A stretch of 19,618 nt of DNA from a virus (lineage: Duplodnaviria > Heunggongvirae > Uroviricota > Caudoviricetes), in IMG/VR virus record IMGVR_UViG_2526164662_000035, positions 1 to 19,618 of that record, one strand, 5' to 3'. Position numbers and translations under genes: made by a program. The notes under the pieces are model-generated. The model saw nothing but the letters and a program-made list of their open reading frames with translations. It was not told the DNA's origin and did not search any database. Shown here piece by piece: positions 8,641 to 16,884 of the stretch (positions are counted from its first letter, which is position 1; each line of letters starts with the position of its first letter).

Positions 8641-9135
8641 CTATTAGATCAACTATCAAACTACAATTAAATTATCTTTTATAAATTCTTTTATCTTTAA
8701 AGAATAATTATAGGGATACCCGTTAGGGGAGTCTTCGACTATCCCTTAATCTATTGGCATTCGCCAGAACCTTGCACAAGTTAGAGTGTTAGTCGTTAGA
8801 CTGCTTGTCATAACACATAGTTTTTTGTTTGTTGATGTTAGTTAGTAGATCTATGTTCGCTAATGCCGCTCACAACGAATATGTAATCTACTATGTGCAA
8901 ATAGCCTACGGCTTGCGTAAGGCTAAATAGTCTTGCGCTGTGCGCAGAACGATAATTAACTAACTACCATCTAACGATCATCAATCTATTTAAGAGAAAA
9001 TCTATTGTGCAATACTCTGACGAGTGCAATAACCTTGTGTGCTACGCGTTAGCGATGTTAGCACATAGACACAGACAACAACCAACAACAAACAAAAAGA
9101 ATGGTTTTAGTAGTTGAAGGTTAAATAAGATTCTA

Positions 9136-9365
9136 CCGCTTAAATCAAGCCGTAGGCGAGCTAAACGTATATAAGGTAGGGAAACACTTAGCGGTAATAG
9201 ATTAGCTCGTTATAGAGTTTCTGAGAGCTTTGCAGGTATTTTATAAGATGTCTGAAATTAGATTTTATCTATCATCATCTTCCCATATACCTAACAAATA
9301 CAAAATAACCCCCTTAAATAAGCCTCTGGCGAGCTAAACAGCCATTACATAAGGGAATGTATTGT
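9136..9365 (+). repeat. Two copies of a ~45-bp imperfect direct repeat (CTTAAAT-AAGCC-N3-GGCGAGCTAAAC...ATAAGG..GGGAA) about 173 bp apart
   Basis: 9136-9187 cgcttaaatcaagccgtaggcgagctaaacgtatataaggtagggaaa versus 9309-9365 cccttaaataagcctctggcgagctaaacagccattacataagggaatg. A tandem GCGTTTTAGA x2 follows at ~9388-9407. Confidence 0.6.
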
Positions 9366-9500
9366 TTTTATCAAAACCTCGTTAGAACGCGTTTTAGAGC
9401 GTTTTAGACAATAATAAAGAATAGCACTACACATGAGAGCACGAATTGCTAAGAAATATCATAACTTACTGAAAATGATCAATATTTATATGGATAGGGG

Positions 9501-9529
9501 TTGACAAAAGCTTTTAGTCGTGGTAAAGT
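9501..9529 (+). promoter_or_regulatory. Sigma70-like promoter candidate (TTGACA-17 bp-TAAAGT) upstream of the early small-gene cluster
   Basis: TTGACA at 9501-9506, 17-nt spacer, TAAAGT at 9524-9529. The first gene of the cluster starts at 9650 with a strong AGGAGG ribosome-binding site. Confidence 0.3.
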
Positions 9530-9649
9530 AATATTAGGGACAGAAAACATTCTTATCCTCTAAGTAATTAAACCAATGCACCGCACTTTGAAGCCCAAGG
9601 CTTGCAAGGTGTCTTTTTCTTTTAACCAAATAGAATAGGAGGTTAATTA

Positions 9650-9850
9650 ATGAAGTATTACACTCCACAGGATGTAATCGAAGCCTGGAAACGTGGTGAG
9701 ATCAATCGTTTTAAAGTAAGGATGAACAGGAACACAGCGCGACGCTGTGGTTATCCAGAGCGTGAAAAATGCTTTGACGATGCACTAAAAATTATTGATG
9801 AATTAAGAAAAAATGAAAAAGGATCTGAAAAAGAATCTGAAACAGAGTAA
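9650..9850 (+). CDS. Hypothetical small protein (66 aa)
   Basis: Strong ribosome-binding site (aggaggttaattaATG). Charged product MKYYTPQDVIEAWKRGEINRFKVRMNRNTARRCGYPEREKCFDDALKIIDELRKNEKGSEKESETE. First gene after the 1.7-kb noncoding region. Confidence 0.5.
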   Translation: MKYYTPQDVIEAWKRGEINRFKVRMNRNTARRCGYPEREKCFDDALKIIDELRKNEKGSEKESETE

Positions 9851-9869
9851 AGAAGAGAAGGAGAAAACT

Positions 9870-10040
9870 ATGAGCGAAACTACAGAAAAGAAAAGACAAC
9901 CACGCACTTGCTTTCATATTCCTGATGAAGTATTTCAGGTGTTGTTTAAAGAAGCCAGAAGTAAACGTATCACTGTTACAGATTACATTCTTGATATGTT
10001 GAAAAGAGAGGCTGAAACACTCTCAAACAAAAGCAAGTGA
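9870..10040 (+). CDS. Putative ribbon-helix-helix (Arc/CopG-like) DNA-binding protein (56 aa)
   Basis: ATG at 9870 preceded by GGAGAA. Product MSETTEKKRQPRTCFHIPDEVFQVLFKEARSKRITVTDYILDMLKREAETLSNKSK shows a beta-strand/helix/helix pattern (RTCFHIP / DEVFQVLFKEA / VTDYILDMLKRE) typical of RHH regulators. The ORF-track start at 9813 overlaps the upstream gene and is less likely. Confidence 0.45.
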   Translation: MSETTEKKRQPRTCFHIPDEVFQVLFKEARSKRITVTDYILDMLKREAETLSNKSK

Positions 10041-10093
10041 TTTTTATCACCATAGTAGCGCCGTAGAGCGTGATTACATCAAGGAGATTTTTA

Positions 10094-10663
10094 ATGATTA
10101 ATGAAGAACAATTTGTAAAAGTTCCTATGTGGATTCTAAAAATAAGCCAAGTAAACGGGCATAAATTTACAGATAGTGCTAAAAACCTTTACTGCTATTT
10201 GAGAGGGTTTGATCGTGCATTTCCCTCTTACGCTAAGATAGGCGATGTTTTTGGCATAACACCAAGAGCAGCAGAAGAAAGGGTTAAGAAATTGCTCGAA
10301 ATGGGATTAATTATAAAAGATGCACGACCAGGAAGCTCTAACCTTTATCGAGTGCTTGATATTCCAAAAGGAGAATCATCACTACCTGATCCTTCTGAGA
10401 AAGAAGACGAATCTAATGAAATATTGAATGTTTCCGAAATCATCGTTGAAGAAGAAACACAGGAATCAGAGTTCCCTGAGCGGCCCGAAATTTTTACTTG
10501 GCTTCTTTCCCTTGATAAGAAGAAACCACCGCACGAAGAAACAGAAGATTTTGTAAAACGTGCATTAGATTCAAAGAATATCTATCTTGAGAAACAGGCT
10601 TTTCACGATCTGATAATATCTCTAAGAGAAAAAAGTGAAATATACGATTCAATACCATTCTAA
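10094..10663 (+). CDS. Winged-helix DNA-binding protein with an acidic C-terminal region; candidate replication initiator or iteron-binding protein
   Basis: ATG at 10094 with AAGGAG 7 nt upstream. N-terminal region MINEEQFVKVPMWILKISQVNGHKFTDSAKNLYCYLRGFDRAFPSYAKIGDVFGITPRAAEERVKKLLEMGLIIKD resembles the winged-helix N-terminal domain of phage/plasmid replication initiators. Function is inferred. Confidence 0.45.
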   Translation: MINEEQFVKVPMWILKISQVNGHKFTDSAKNLYCYLRGFDRAFPSYAKIGDVFGITPRAAEERVKKLLEMGLIIKDARPGSSNLYRVLDIPKGESSLPDPSEKEDESNEILNVSEIIVEEETQESEFPERPEIFTWLLSLDKKKPPHEETEDFVKRALDSKNIYLEKQAFHDLIISLREKSEIYDSIPF

Positions 10664-10672
10664 GGAGAATAA

Positions 10673-10942
10673 ATGACTTATAACATCACTATAGGAAACA
10701 AAACTATTGAAATAACTGAAAGCGGATACAACATTTTAAAAGCTATTTTGGACATAGAGTTCTCACCCCCGACAGTGGTTAGCTTTTGTAGTTTAGGCGG
10801 CTACAGCGCACAACATGTGAATCATTGGTTAAACCATTTTACATCGTTCGGTGTGCTGGATTATGAAGGGATTAACCACACTACATTTCGTCTTTTGAAA
10901 TTAAACAAAGATTTTGAATTGTTTATCACAAACAATCAATAA
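10673..10942 (+). CDS. Hypothetical protein (89 aa)
   Basis: ATG preceded by AGGAG (taaggagaataaATG). 10 nt after the upstream gene, consistent with an operon. Confidence 0.5.
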   Translation: MTYNITIGNKTIEITESGYNILKAILDIEFSPPTVVSFCSLGGYSAQHVNHWLNHFTSFGVLDYEGINHTTFRLLKLNKDFELFITNNQ

Positions 10943-11038
10943 CAACAGATCGGGCAATACATATGGCAAATGCATTTATGGCGATATTCATCGTAACAAT
11001 GGTATCAAGTTTTTATAATCCACATAAAAAGAGAGAAA

Positions 11039-11422
11039 ATGGGAAGAAAGAAAAAGAACAACTTAAAACGTATTGAAAAAAACAGTAACTTCAATTCAAC
11101 AAGACAACGTCCACCGACACACACCAATAACGAAATTCCAGGGGAAGAGATAATATTTATTCTTGAAACAGAATCCCCTGAAATAAGCGATGAAGAACAA
11201 GAAATAATCAAATCAATGCCAGGCGTTTACTTTCGCCCAAGAACAAGAAAACAAACAATAATTTCTGATGGCACTCTGAAACGTTGGCAGCTTTTAGGGT
11301 TTAGCTCCTATCATCATTTTTTGGGATTTAACGCTTTCAATAATTGTGTAGGTGGTGCATCGGAAGTCGATCTGATGGCTCATTTAGAAGCTACATTAGC
11401 TTCTAACAAACGCTCTAACTAA
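11039..11422 (+). CDS. Hypothetical protein (127 aa), basic N-terminus and acidic middle
   Basis: ORF with N-terminal MGRKKKNNLKRIEK and a central acidic stretch ETESPEISDEEQEI. No recognisable catalytic motif. Confidence 0.45.
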   Translation: MGRKKKNNLKRIEKNSNFNSTRQRPPTHTNNEIPGEEIIFILETESPEISDEEQEIIKSMPGVYFRPRTRKQTIISDGTLKRWQLLGFSSYHHFLGFNAFNNCVGGASEVDLMAHLEATLASNKRSN

Positions 11423-11437
11423 TAAAAGGATGGTCGT

Positions 11438-11683
11438 ATGTATAAGCGCCCAATGAAAATATTCGAAAAAGGAAAAATAATGATTGGCTATATTCAAGAA
11501 ACACAATTATTTCAGATGATCCTGTCTGATGCAAAAAACTATGCTGAGTTAATCCGACTGGCAAAAGAAACAGAAGACTACGAAGCATTAGAGCGTTATC
11601 GTGATGAAGTGCTGACGCTCAAGACACCTTTTAACATCGTATTGAATATGATTAATGATGCATTACAAGGAGAAGCCGCATAA
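11438..11683 (+). CDS. Hypothetical small protein (81 aa)
   Basis: ATG preceded by AAGGATGG. Stop overlaps the start of the next ORF (TAATGG), suggesting translational coupling. Confidence 0.45.
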   Translation: MYKRPMKIFEKGKIMIGYIQETQLFQMILSDAKNYAELIRLAKETEDYEALERYRDEVLTLKTPFNIVLNMINDALQGEAA

Positions 11684-11991
11684 TGGAAGAAGATATTAGC
11701 AATGCAATGGAACAACTTTTAGATCTGACTATCTCACTACAAACAAGAATAAATCAAGCCTATTCAGATTTATGCGATTACACGCTCTCTCAATGCGTTA
11801 TTAGCTTAATGAAGGTGAATGTAAGCCTTGACGATTTTATCTCTCTGGTGAGCGATTTAGAGCTAATTGAGGACGATGCCAAGATGTGCACTCAAACCAT
11901 CACAGACACCGCCAGCACGTTAAAGGCTGCAAGTGAAGAGATTCAGCAATTAGTAGATGATTTAGCAAAAAGTGCTATTCCCTCTAAATGA
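11683..11991 (+). CDS. Hypothetical acidic helical protein (102 aa)
   Basis: Start overlaps the upstream stop. Last gene before the second ORF-free region. Confidence 0.45.
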   Translation: MEEDISNAMEQLLDLTISLQTRINQAYSDLCDYTLSQCVISLMKVNVSLDDFISLVSDLELIEDDAKMCTQTITDTASTLKAASEEIQQLVDDLAKSAIPSK

Positions 11992-12734
11992 TAATGAAAA
12001 TCATTTGCATTTATATAATAAAAATGTTATATTTGTATTAAGGGTAGATAAAAAGGTTTTGACTGGTGTTAATCCTTCTACTGTCATAAATCCCTGCATA
12101 TGGAAGGTGATAGCCTCAAGGGTTGAGTGGCATTAACCTCTAACAAATATTACCTTCCATCTCTCAAGAAGTTTTAGAATAATCATAACTCCCTCTTTGA
12201 TTGTTGATTGTTTCTACGTTGTGTTGATGAATGTTGTTAGGCATTGTGCTTAATTTTGATAAAAGCGGGTAGGTGTTATCTCCTTGCCCTTCCCGCTCTT
12301 ATTTTTCATCTATGCTTATCCTAAAGCTCCTTATTTTGTCCGAAAACATTAAAGAGCCTTACACTGATAGTTATATTTTATAACTATTTACTAACATCAT
12401 TAAACTCTTATTTAATGACAGAAGTTAGTAACAGAATAATCTATTAAGTTGTTGTCAAAAAACTATCATCTGCATAGCGTTAGCCGCAAGCAGAGAGAGT
12501 TTAGCTAAGAATTGTGCAATAACCTTTGGAAATATTGATAGCAAAACGGGTTTTATAGACTGCAAATCTATAATCTTTGGTTGTAAAAACGCTTTTTCTG
12601 AAACGGTAGATTATTGTTGGTGTAGTTAATCCCTATTAAAATTTAATCTGTGAGTAGATTGGAATAGTGATTCCTTAAAATCTGACTGGTGCATCCACAC
12701 CATGAAAGATAGCGGTTAGCCACCGCACCCGAAT

Positions 12735-12790
12735 AGATATTCCTGATTGATTCCGCATGTTTTCCTAAGAGCATGTTTTCAGGAATATCT
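12735..12790. repeat. Perfect 12-bp inverted repeat AGATATTCCTGA ... TCAGGAATATCT around a 32-bp spacer containing GCATGTTTTC twice
   Basis: Read directly: 12735-12746 and 12779-12790 are exact reverse complements. The spacer holds the direct repeat GCATGTTTTC x2. Confidence 0.7.
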
Positions 12791-12897
12791 GTTCACCCTT
12801 TAAACCTATCTTTAAGCATGTTTAATAAGCATTCTTAGAGATACGTTTAAAACCTCCTCAAGGTTTTACTTATCGCTGTGTATTGCCCGACACGTTA

Positions 12898-12950
12898 ATA
12901 AATCCCCCTCGCTATTCTCAGATTGAACCTCTTATAGCCTGGGGGATTTA
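12898..12950. repeat. Perfect 10-bp inverted repeat TAAATCCCCC ... GGGGGATTTA around a 33-bp spacer, just upstream of the structural cluster
   Basis: 12898-12907 and 12941-12950 are exact reverse complements. Lies ~30 bp upstream of the ORF starting at 12983. Confidence 0.6.
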
Positions 12951-12982
12951 TTAAATTCCAACATAATGGAATCGTTATATAA

Positions 12983-13192
12983 ATGAAACAAGAAATTATC
13001 CTGAAATATGGCAATGAAAAGTTAACACTAACTGAAGATGTGTTGAATGCTACAGCCTACGCGCTTGGTATCACTCCCACAGAATTAAAGAAACAGTGTG
13101 AACGTCTTTATAAGGCTGAAAGCAATAAACCATCTCACCAAGATTTGATTAATGCTAAAGCTCAACAAATCAAACAATCTAAGGAAAAATAA
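12983..13192 (+). CDS. Hypothetical small protein (69 aa), first gene of the structural-type cluster
   Basis: ORF whose stop overlaps the next start (TAATGG). Confidence 0.45.
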   Translation: MKQEIILKYGNEKLTLTEDVLNATAYALGITPTELKKQCERLYKAESNKPSHQDLINAKAQQIKQSKEK

Positions 13193-13566
13193 TGGCTATT
13201 TTAAAATTAAGCGATGTTTTCCTACATCGTAAAAGCATCACTGACGTAGTGAGCTATGCAACCGACCCTTACGCGGCTGTAGAAAGCAAAAAATTTGCAG
13301 CACTTGCACAAGATGTAACGTGCGGCGACCTCATTGATTCATCCGGCGCTAAATATGTTAGCGGCGCTGATGTTCTTGTCGTTGTGTCTGACTTCGTAAC
13401 TGCTGATTCAAATAAAACAGTTAACGTGCTTCGTGCTAATGCCGGACTCGTTTGCATCAAAGCTGATGCCCTGAATGCCGAAGGCGCTGTAAAAGAAGCT
13501 GCTATTGCAGCTCTCGCTGCTAAAGGCTTCCAGCTTGAAGGCTTCCACTCTGTTTTCACATCTTAA
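13192..13566 (+). CDS. Possible head decoration or scaffold protein (124 aa), positioned like lambda gpD
   Basis: AAGGAA ribosome-binding site. Ala/Val/Gly-rich product immediately upstream of the gpE-like capsid gene. The gpD analogy rests on position and size only; sequence similarity is weak. Confidence 0.4.
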   Translation: MAILKLSDVFLHRKSITDVVSYATDPYAAVESKKFAALAQDVTCGDLIDSSGAKYVSGADVLVVVSDFVTADSNKTVNVLRANAGLVCIKADALNAEGAVKEAAIAALAAKGFQLEGFHSVFTS

Positions 13567-13582
13567 GAAGGAATAAATAATA

Positions 13583-14611
13583 ATGATTATCGGAAATGAA
13601 GTGGTTGATCTTGCTCCACTGTTCGAATTAAACGACTCACGCAATTACCTACTGTCTACTCTGGATTTTACTGATCCTGTGCCTGTAGAAAGTCACAAAG
13701 TGGCTGTTTCCCAGCTTATCGAGAGCAATGAATCTCTGTTCAACCATCCTACAAGCCGTTTTAGCTCTGAGCATAACGTTACTAAGCGTGAGAACGGGGA
13801 AGAATATCTTATTGAAATCCCGTACTTTTTAAGGGAAGACCTGATCAAACCGCAGGACGTGCAAGGCAAACGCAAAGCCGGAAGCTCTATTGAAGAAACA
13901 CTGCCGGATCTGTATGCGGAATATATCGCTAAACACAATGTTGCATTCCAGCGCACTAAAGAAAGCATCCTCGCGGCTTCTCTGTTCTCTGGCAAGACAC
14001 ACACCCCGAAAACTGACGATGTTCTGATCGATTACAGCACTCTGTTCGGTGTGTCTCCAATGACTGCAACCGTTGACGCATCCAGCACCAACACAATGAC
14101 CGTATTCAAGCAATTTGATCAGATGCATACGGATATGATTGCTAAGGCACAAAGCCAGGCTGCAACCATTGAGCGTGTTGTTGTGTTCTGTAAACCTGCG
14201 GCATTCAACGCTATTCGTTACAGCGTTGGCATGGTTAATGCGTTCCAGTATGCAAGCCCTGTAGACGATGCAAACGTGGTGTTTAATGTGCGTTCTCTGC
14301 TGCCTGGTGTAACTACTTTCACCATTCCAGGAACTAACATTGACCTGATCAAAGTGACTGATCCGCTGCTGCTGGCACATATGACCGCTGACGCTGTAGC
14401 TATTCCTAAACTTGCTAAGGGGGCAGGTGTTTACCAAGCTATTTTTGGTGCGCCTTCCAGTTCATTCGATCTGCTGTCTCAAGGCGCTAAAGAGTATTAC
14501 AGCTATGCTTTCGAATCGAATCGCGGCGACGCAGTGCACGTAGTGACCGAGAATAGCTCGCTTGTGGTTAACCACGGTGTTGGCTTCTCTGTGCAGATCA
14601 CAGTAGCGTAA
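13583..14611 (+). CDS. Putative major capsid protein, lambda gpE family (342 aa)
   Basis: GAAGGA ribosome-binding site. Length matches lambda gpE (341 aa). Local matches to gpE as I recall it: HKVAVSQLIE vs EKVYLSQIPG near the N-terminus, and C-terminal GFSVQITVA vs EFVSVQLA. Needs profile confirmation. Confidence 0.55.
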   Translation: MIIGNEVVDLAPLFELNDSRNYLLSTLDFTDPVPVESHKVAVSQLIESNESLFNHPTSRFSSEHNVTKRENGEEYLIEIPYFLREDLIKPQDVQGKRKAGSSIEETLPDLYAEYIAKHNVAFQRTKESILAASLFSGKTHTPKTDDVLIDYSTLFGVSPMTATVDASSTNTMTVFKQFDQMHTDMIAKAQSQAATIERVVVFCKPAAFNAIRYSVGMVNAFQYASPVDDANVVFNVRSLLPGVTTFTIPGTNIDLIKVTDPLLLAHMTADAVAIPKLAKGAGVYQAIFGAPSSSFDLLSQGAKEYYSYAFESNRGDAVHVVTENSSLVVNHGVGFSVQITVA

Positions 14612-14763
14612 AAAGTGTTAAAGACGTTCCCCTACGTCTGGAAATAATCGGGGCAATAAGGGTAAGGGATAATCATATAAGCAAAATATGCGCTGTCTCT
14701 TGCCCTTTTTGTTTTTCTACTGTCTACAAACCTAAATAAAAATATATATGTGAGAGAAAACCA

Positions 14764-14961
14764 ATGAACACAGAAAATTCACAGGCATTAATTCTTAAAT
14801 CTGTAAAAGAACTGGCAGCTATTAGCGATGACTCAATAATCAATGTCAGTGCCTTATGCAGAATGCTTTCAATTGATGCAAATAATGTGCGTCAGCGTGT
14901 CTTTCAGACTGGATGTAGCACTTTCGAAGCAATCCAATATTATTGCTCTAAAAAACAATAA
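14764..14961 (+). CDS. Hypothetical small protein (65 aa)
   Basis: ORF between the capsid-like gene and the 613-aa gene. Weak ribosome-binding site. Confidence 0.35.
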   Translation: MNTENSQALILKSVKELAAISDDSIINVSALCRMLSIDANNVRQRVFQTGCSTFEAIQYYCSKKQ

Positions 14962-14995
14962 CAAATAACAATCATAATACAGGGAAACAATTAAC

Positions 14996-16837
14996 ATGTT
15001 AGAGCTAAACGTGGCACGCCTCTCGAACGTTGTCACCTTCGAAGTTAACCGACCATCATTAGAGAAAGCAAAAGCAGAAGTAGAAAAACTTCGTAAACAA
15101 ATGGCGGCGGTGAAAGATATAGAATTGCGTGTTAAGACACATAAACAATCAACCGCTAAAGCAAAAAAAGACGTAGACGATATTGCTAAAAAGCAAGCAC
15201 AGGCTGATAAAGCTAATGCTAAAGCACAATTAGCCGCTCAACGTGTAGTTGCAAGAGAACAAAAAGCCCTGGCAGCACGCAAAGAGAAGGCAGAATTAAA
15301 GCTTTTAGACGTTGGAGCAAGCATTAGTGCAATGCACCGTCTTTCTGTAGCGGAACAATATAAAGCTATTGCACAGGCTAGAGAAATTGCCCTCCAATAT
15401 GAAAGAGGCGCTATTAGTCTGGCACGTATGAATAGCCAAATGAAACGCCTACAACAGCAACAACGTAAGATTAATGGCAATCGTAACGCTCACGCTAAAG
15501 CCTATGCACCTGTTAAGGGTAGCGGGAGTATTGGCGGCGGTGCTGCGGCTGTTATGCTGGGTGGCTTAGGCGCTGGCGCTACGTATATGGCTATGAGCAA
15601 AGCCTCTGAATTTGTTACTAACAGCTTTGCGAATGCTGAAACGCTGGGTGAATTGTATAGCCGTGCGAAGCTGGGCGGTGTAGACGTTAACCAGATGAAC
15701 AATATTGAGCAATGGGCCTACAAAAACGGCGTTGATTCAATGATGGGCGAACAAGGTCGTAGGAAGTATCTCGATCAGATGAAAGATGTACGGGAGAAGG
15801 CTACTAAATCTTATGATGAGGCTGAATATGTAGTTGATAAGAAAACTGGTAAAGGAGAATGGAAGGGCGGCGATAGCGGCATCAATACTTTAATGAATGA
15901 AGGATTCCTAACTAAAAAGGATCTAAAAGACTTTGCTGATAATCCGGCTGGTCTGGTTAGTAAAGCAGTTCAGGGAATGGTAGCTAAAGGCTATTCAGAT
16001 GCACAAATCGGTAGTCGTCTGGAAGATCTGGCTGATGATTTGATGCTCACCTCTAAATACTGGACACGCTCCGCTAAAGAAGTGGAACAATCAGCACGAG
16101 AACAACGAGAATCAGGGCGCTGGGTAACGCAGGCACAACAGGAAAGCGTTATTAAATTCCGTGAACTGAATAATGCACTTAGTGGGCTTTCTGACTCACA
16201 AGGGATCGCCTTTGTTGATGGCTTTATGAAATCTCTTGATCCGAAAGTGATTGAAGAGTTTAAAAAGAGCATGGTTGCAATGCTGCCAATGTTTACCAAA
16301 TTAGGCGAGGCTATCGGCGGATTGGTTAACGCCGTAATGAAAACAATCAACTGGCTGATGAAAAACGACGAGAAGACGGAAGCTATTCAGAAGAATTTAG
16401 GGGATGCACCGCCACTATCTAACGAAGGAATGAAGCAGAATCTTTCTAATCTCACTCCTGATCAATATAAAGGCGCTGGCACCGGAACAACTAAGCCAGA
16501 TAACAGCAATTCCCTGGTTAACACTATTAAAAGCTGGTTTATGCCAGAAGAAACGGTAGGTGGGGCGCAGGCTGTAAATCAATACAGTCTCGAAGGACAA
16601 AATATTGCAAATCTGAAACAGAGTGCAGCACAACAAGCTTTCAAGGCTCCTTCTTACACCTTTGCACCTGTTATTAACTTCAATCCAGAATTACAAGTAA
16701 ATGCAGAAGTGCCGCTAACTATCGAATCAGACACCGGACGATTGAGCGAATTTATCGACTTCAAATCAAAGGCATCTTCCGCTGAGTTTAGCAAGCTATT
16801 AACGCTGGGTGTTATGTCAGGCGGGTCAACCTATTAA
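14996..16837 (+). CDS. Large coiled-coil protein (613 aa) with a Gly/Ala-rich hydrophobic segment; candidate internal virion, scaffold or ejection-like protein
   Basis: N-terminal ~170 aa are Lys/Ala/Gln/Glu-rich heptad-like sequence (KAKAEVEKLRKQMAAVK...KKQAQADKANAKAQLAAQR...), followed by GSGSIGGGAAAVMLGGLGAGATYMAMS and a ~400-aa C-terminal region. No Walker A motif, so not a terminase or helicase. Confidence 0.55.
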   Translation: MLELNVARLSNVVTFEVNRPSLEKAKAEVEKLRKQMAAVKDIELRVKTHKQSTAKAKKDVDDIAKKQAQADKANAKAQLAAQRVVAREQKALAARKEKAELKLLDVGASISAMHRLSVAEQYKAIAQAREIALQYERGAISLARMNSQMKRLQQQQRKINGNRNAHAKAYAPVKGSGSIGGGAAAVMLGGLGAGATYMAMSKASEFVTNSFANAETLGELYSRAKLGGVDVNQMNNIEQWAYKNGVDSMMGEQGRRKYLDQMKDVREKATKSYDEAEYVVDKKTGKGEWKGGDSGINTLMNEGFLTKKDLKDFADNPAGLVSKAVQGMVAKGYSDAQIGSRLEDLADDLMLTSKYWTRSAKEVEQSAREQRESGRWVTQAQQESVIKFRELNNALSGLSDSQGIAFVDGFMKSLDPKVIEEFKKSMVAMLPMFTKLGEAIGGLVNAVMKTINWLMKNDEKTEAIQKNLGDAPPLSNEGMKQNLSNLTPDQYKGAGTGTTKPDNSNSLVNTIKSWFMPEETVGGAQAVNQYSLEGQNIANLKQSAAQQAFKAPSYTFAPVINFNPELQVNAEVPLTIESDTGRLSEFIDFKSKASSAEFSKLLTLGVMSGGSTY

Positions 16838-16884
16838 TCATCACTGTGGGGCGGTTTAGCCCCCTTAAATAAGGATTACAAATT

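Noticed and set aside
9365-12075. Gin/Hin-type crossover half-site (TTATCAAAACCTCG at ~9370) paired with an inverted partner near 12052, which would make the early cluster invertible
   Set aside because: Only a 9-bp inverted match (TCAAAACCT) links the two sites, which is expected by chance over 3 kb. The resident serine recombinase looks resolvase-like, and the Gin-like gene in the window is a remnant elsewhere.
13269-14437. Minus-strand ORFs 13269-13559, 13408-13644, 13693-14004 and 13829-14437 inside the capsid-like genes
   Set aside because: All are antisense to the plus-strand genes that have ribosome-binding sites and operon-like spacing. Cys/Ser/Arg-rich products without motifs.
14996-16837. 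613-aa protein as a terminase, portal or colicin-type toxin
   Set aside because: No Walker A/B motifs (terminase). The long Lys/Ala coiled-coil N-terminus is unlike portals. The hydrophobic segment is in the first third rather than in a C-terminal pore domain, and there is no immunity or lysis gene (colicin).
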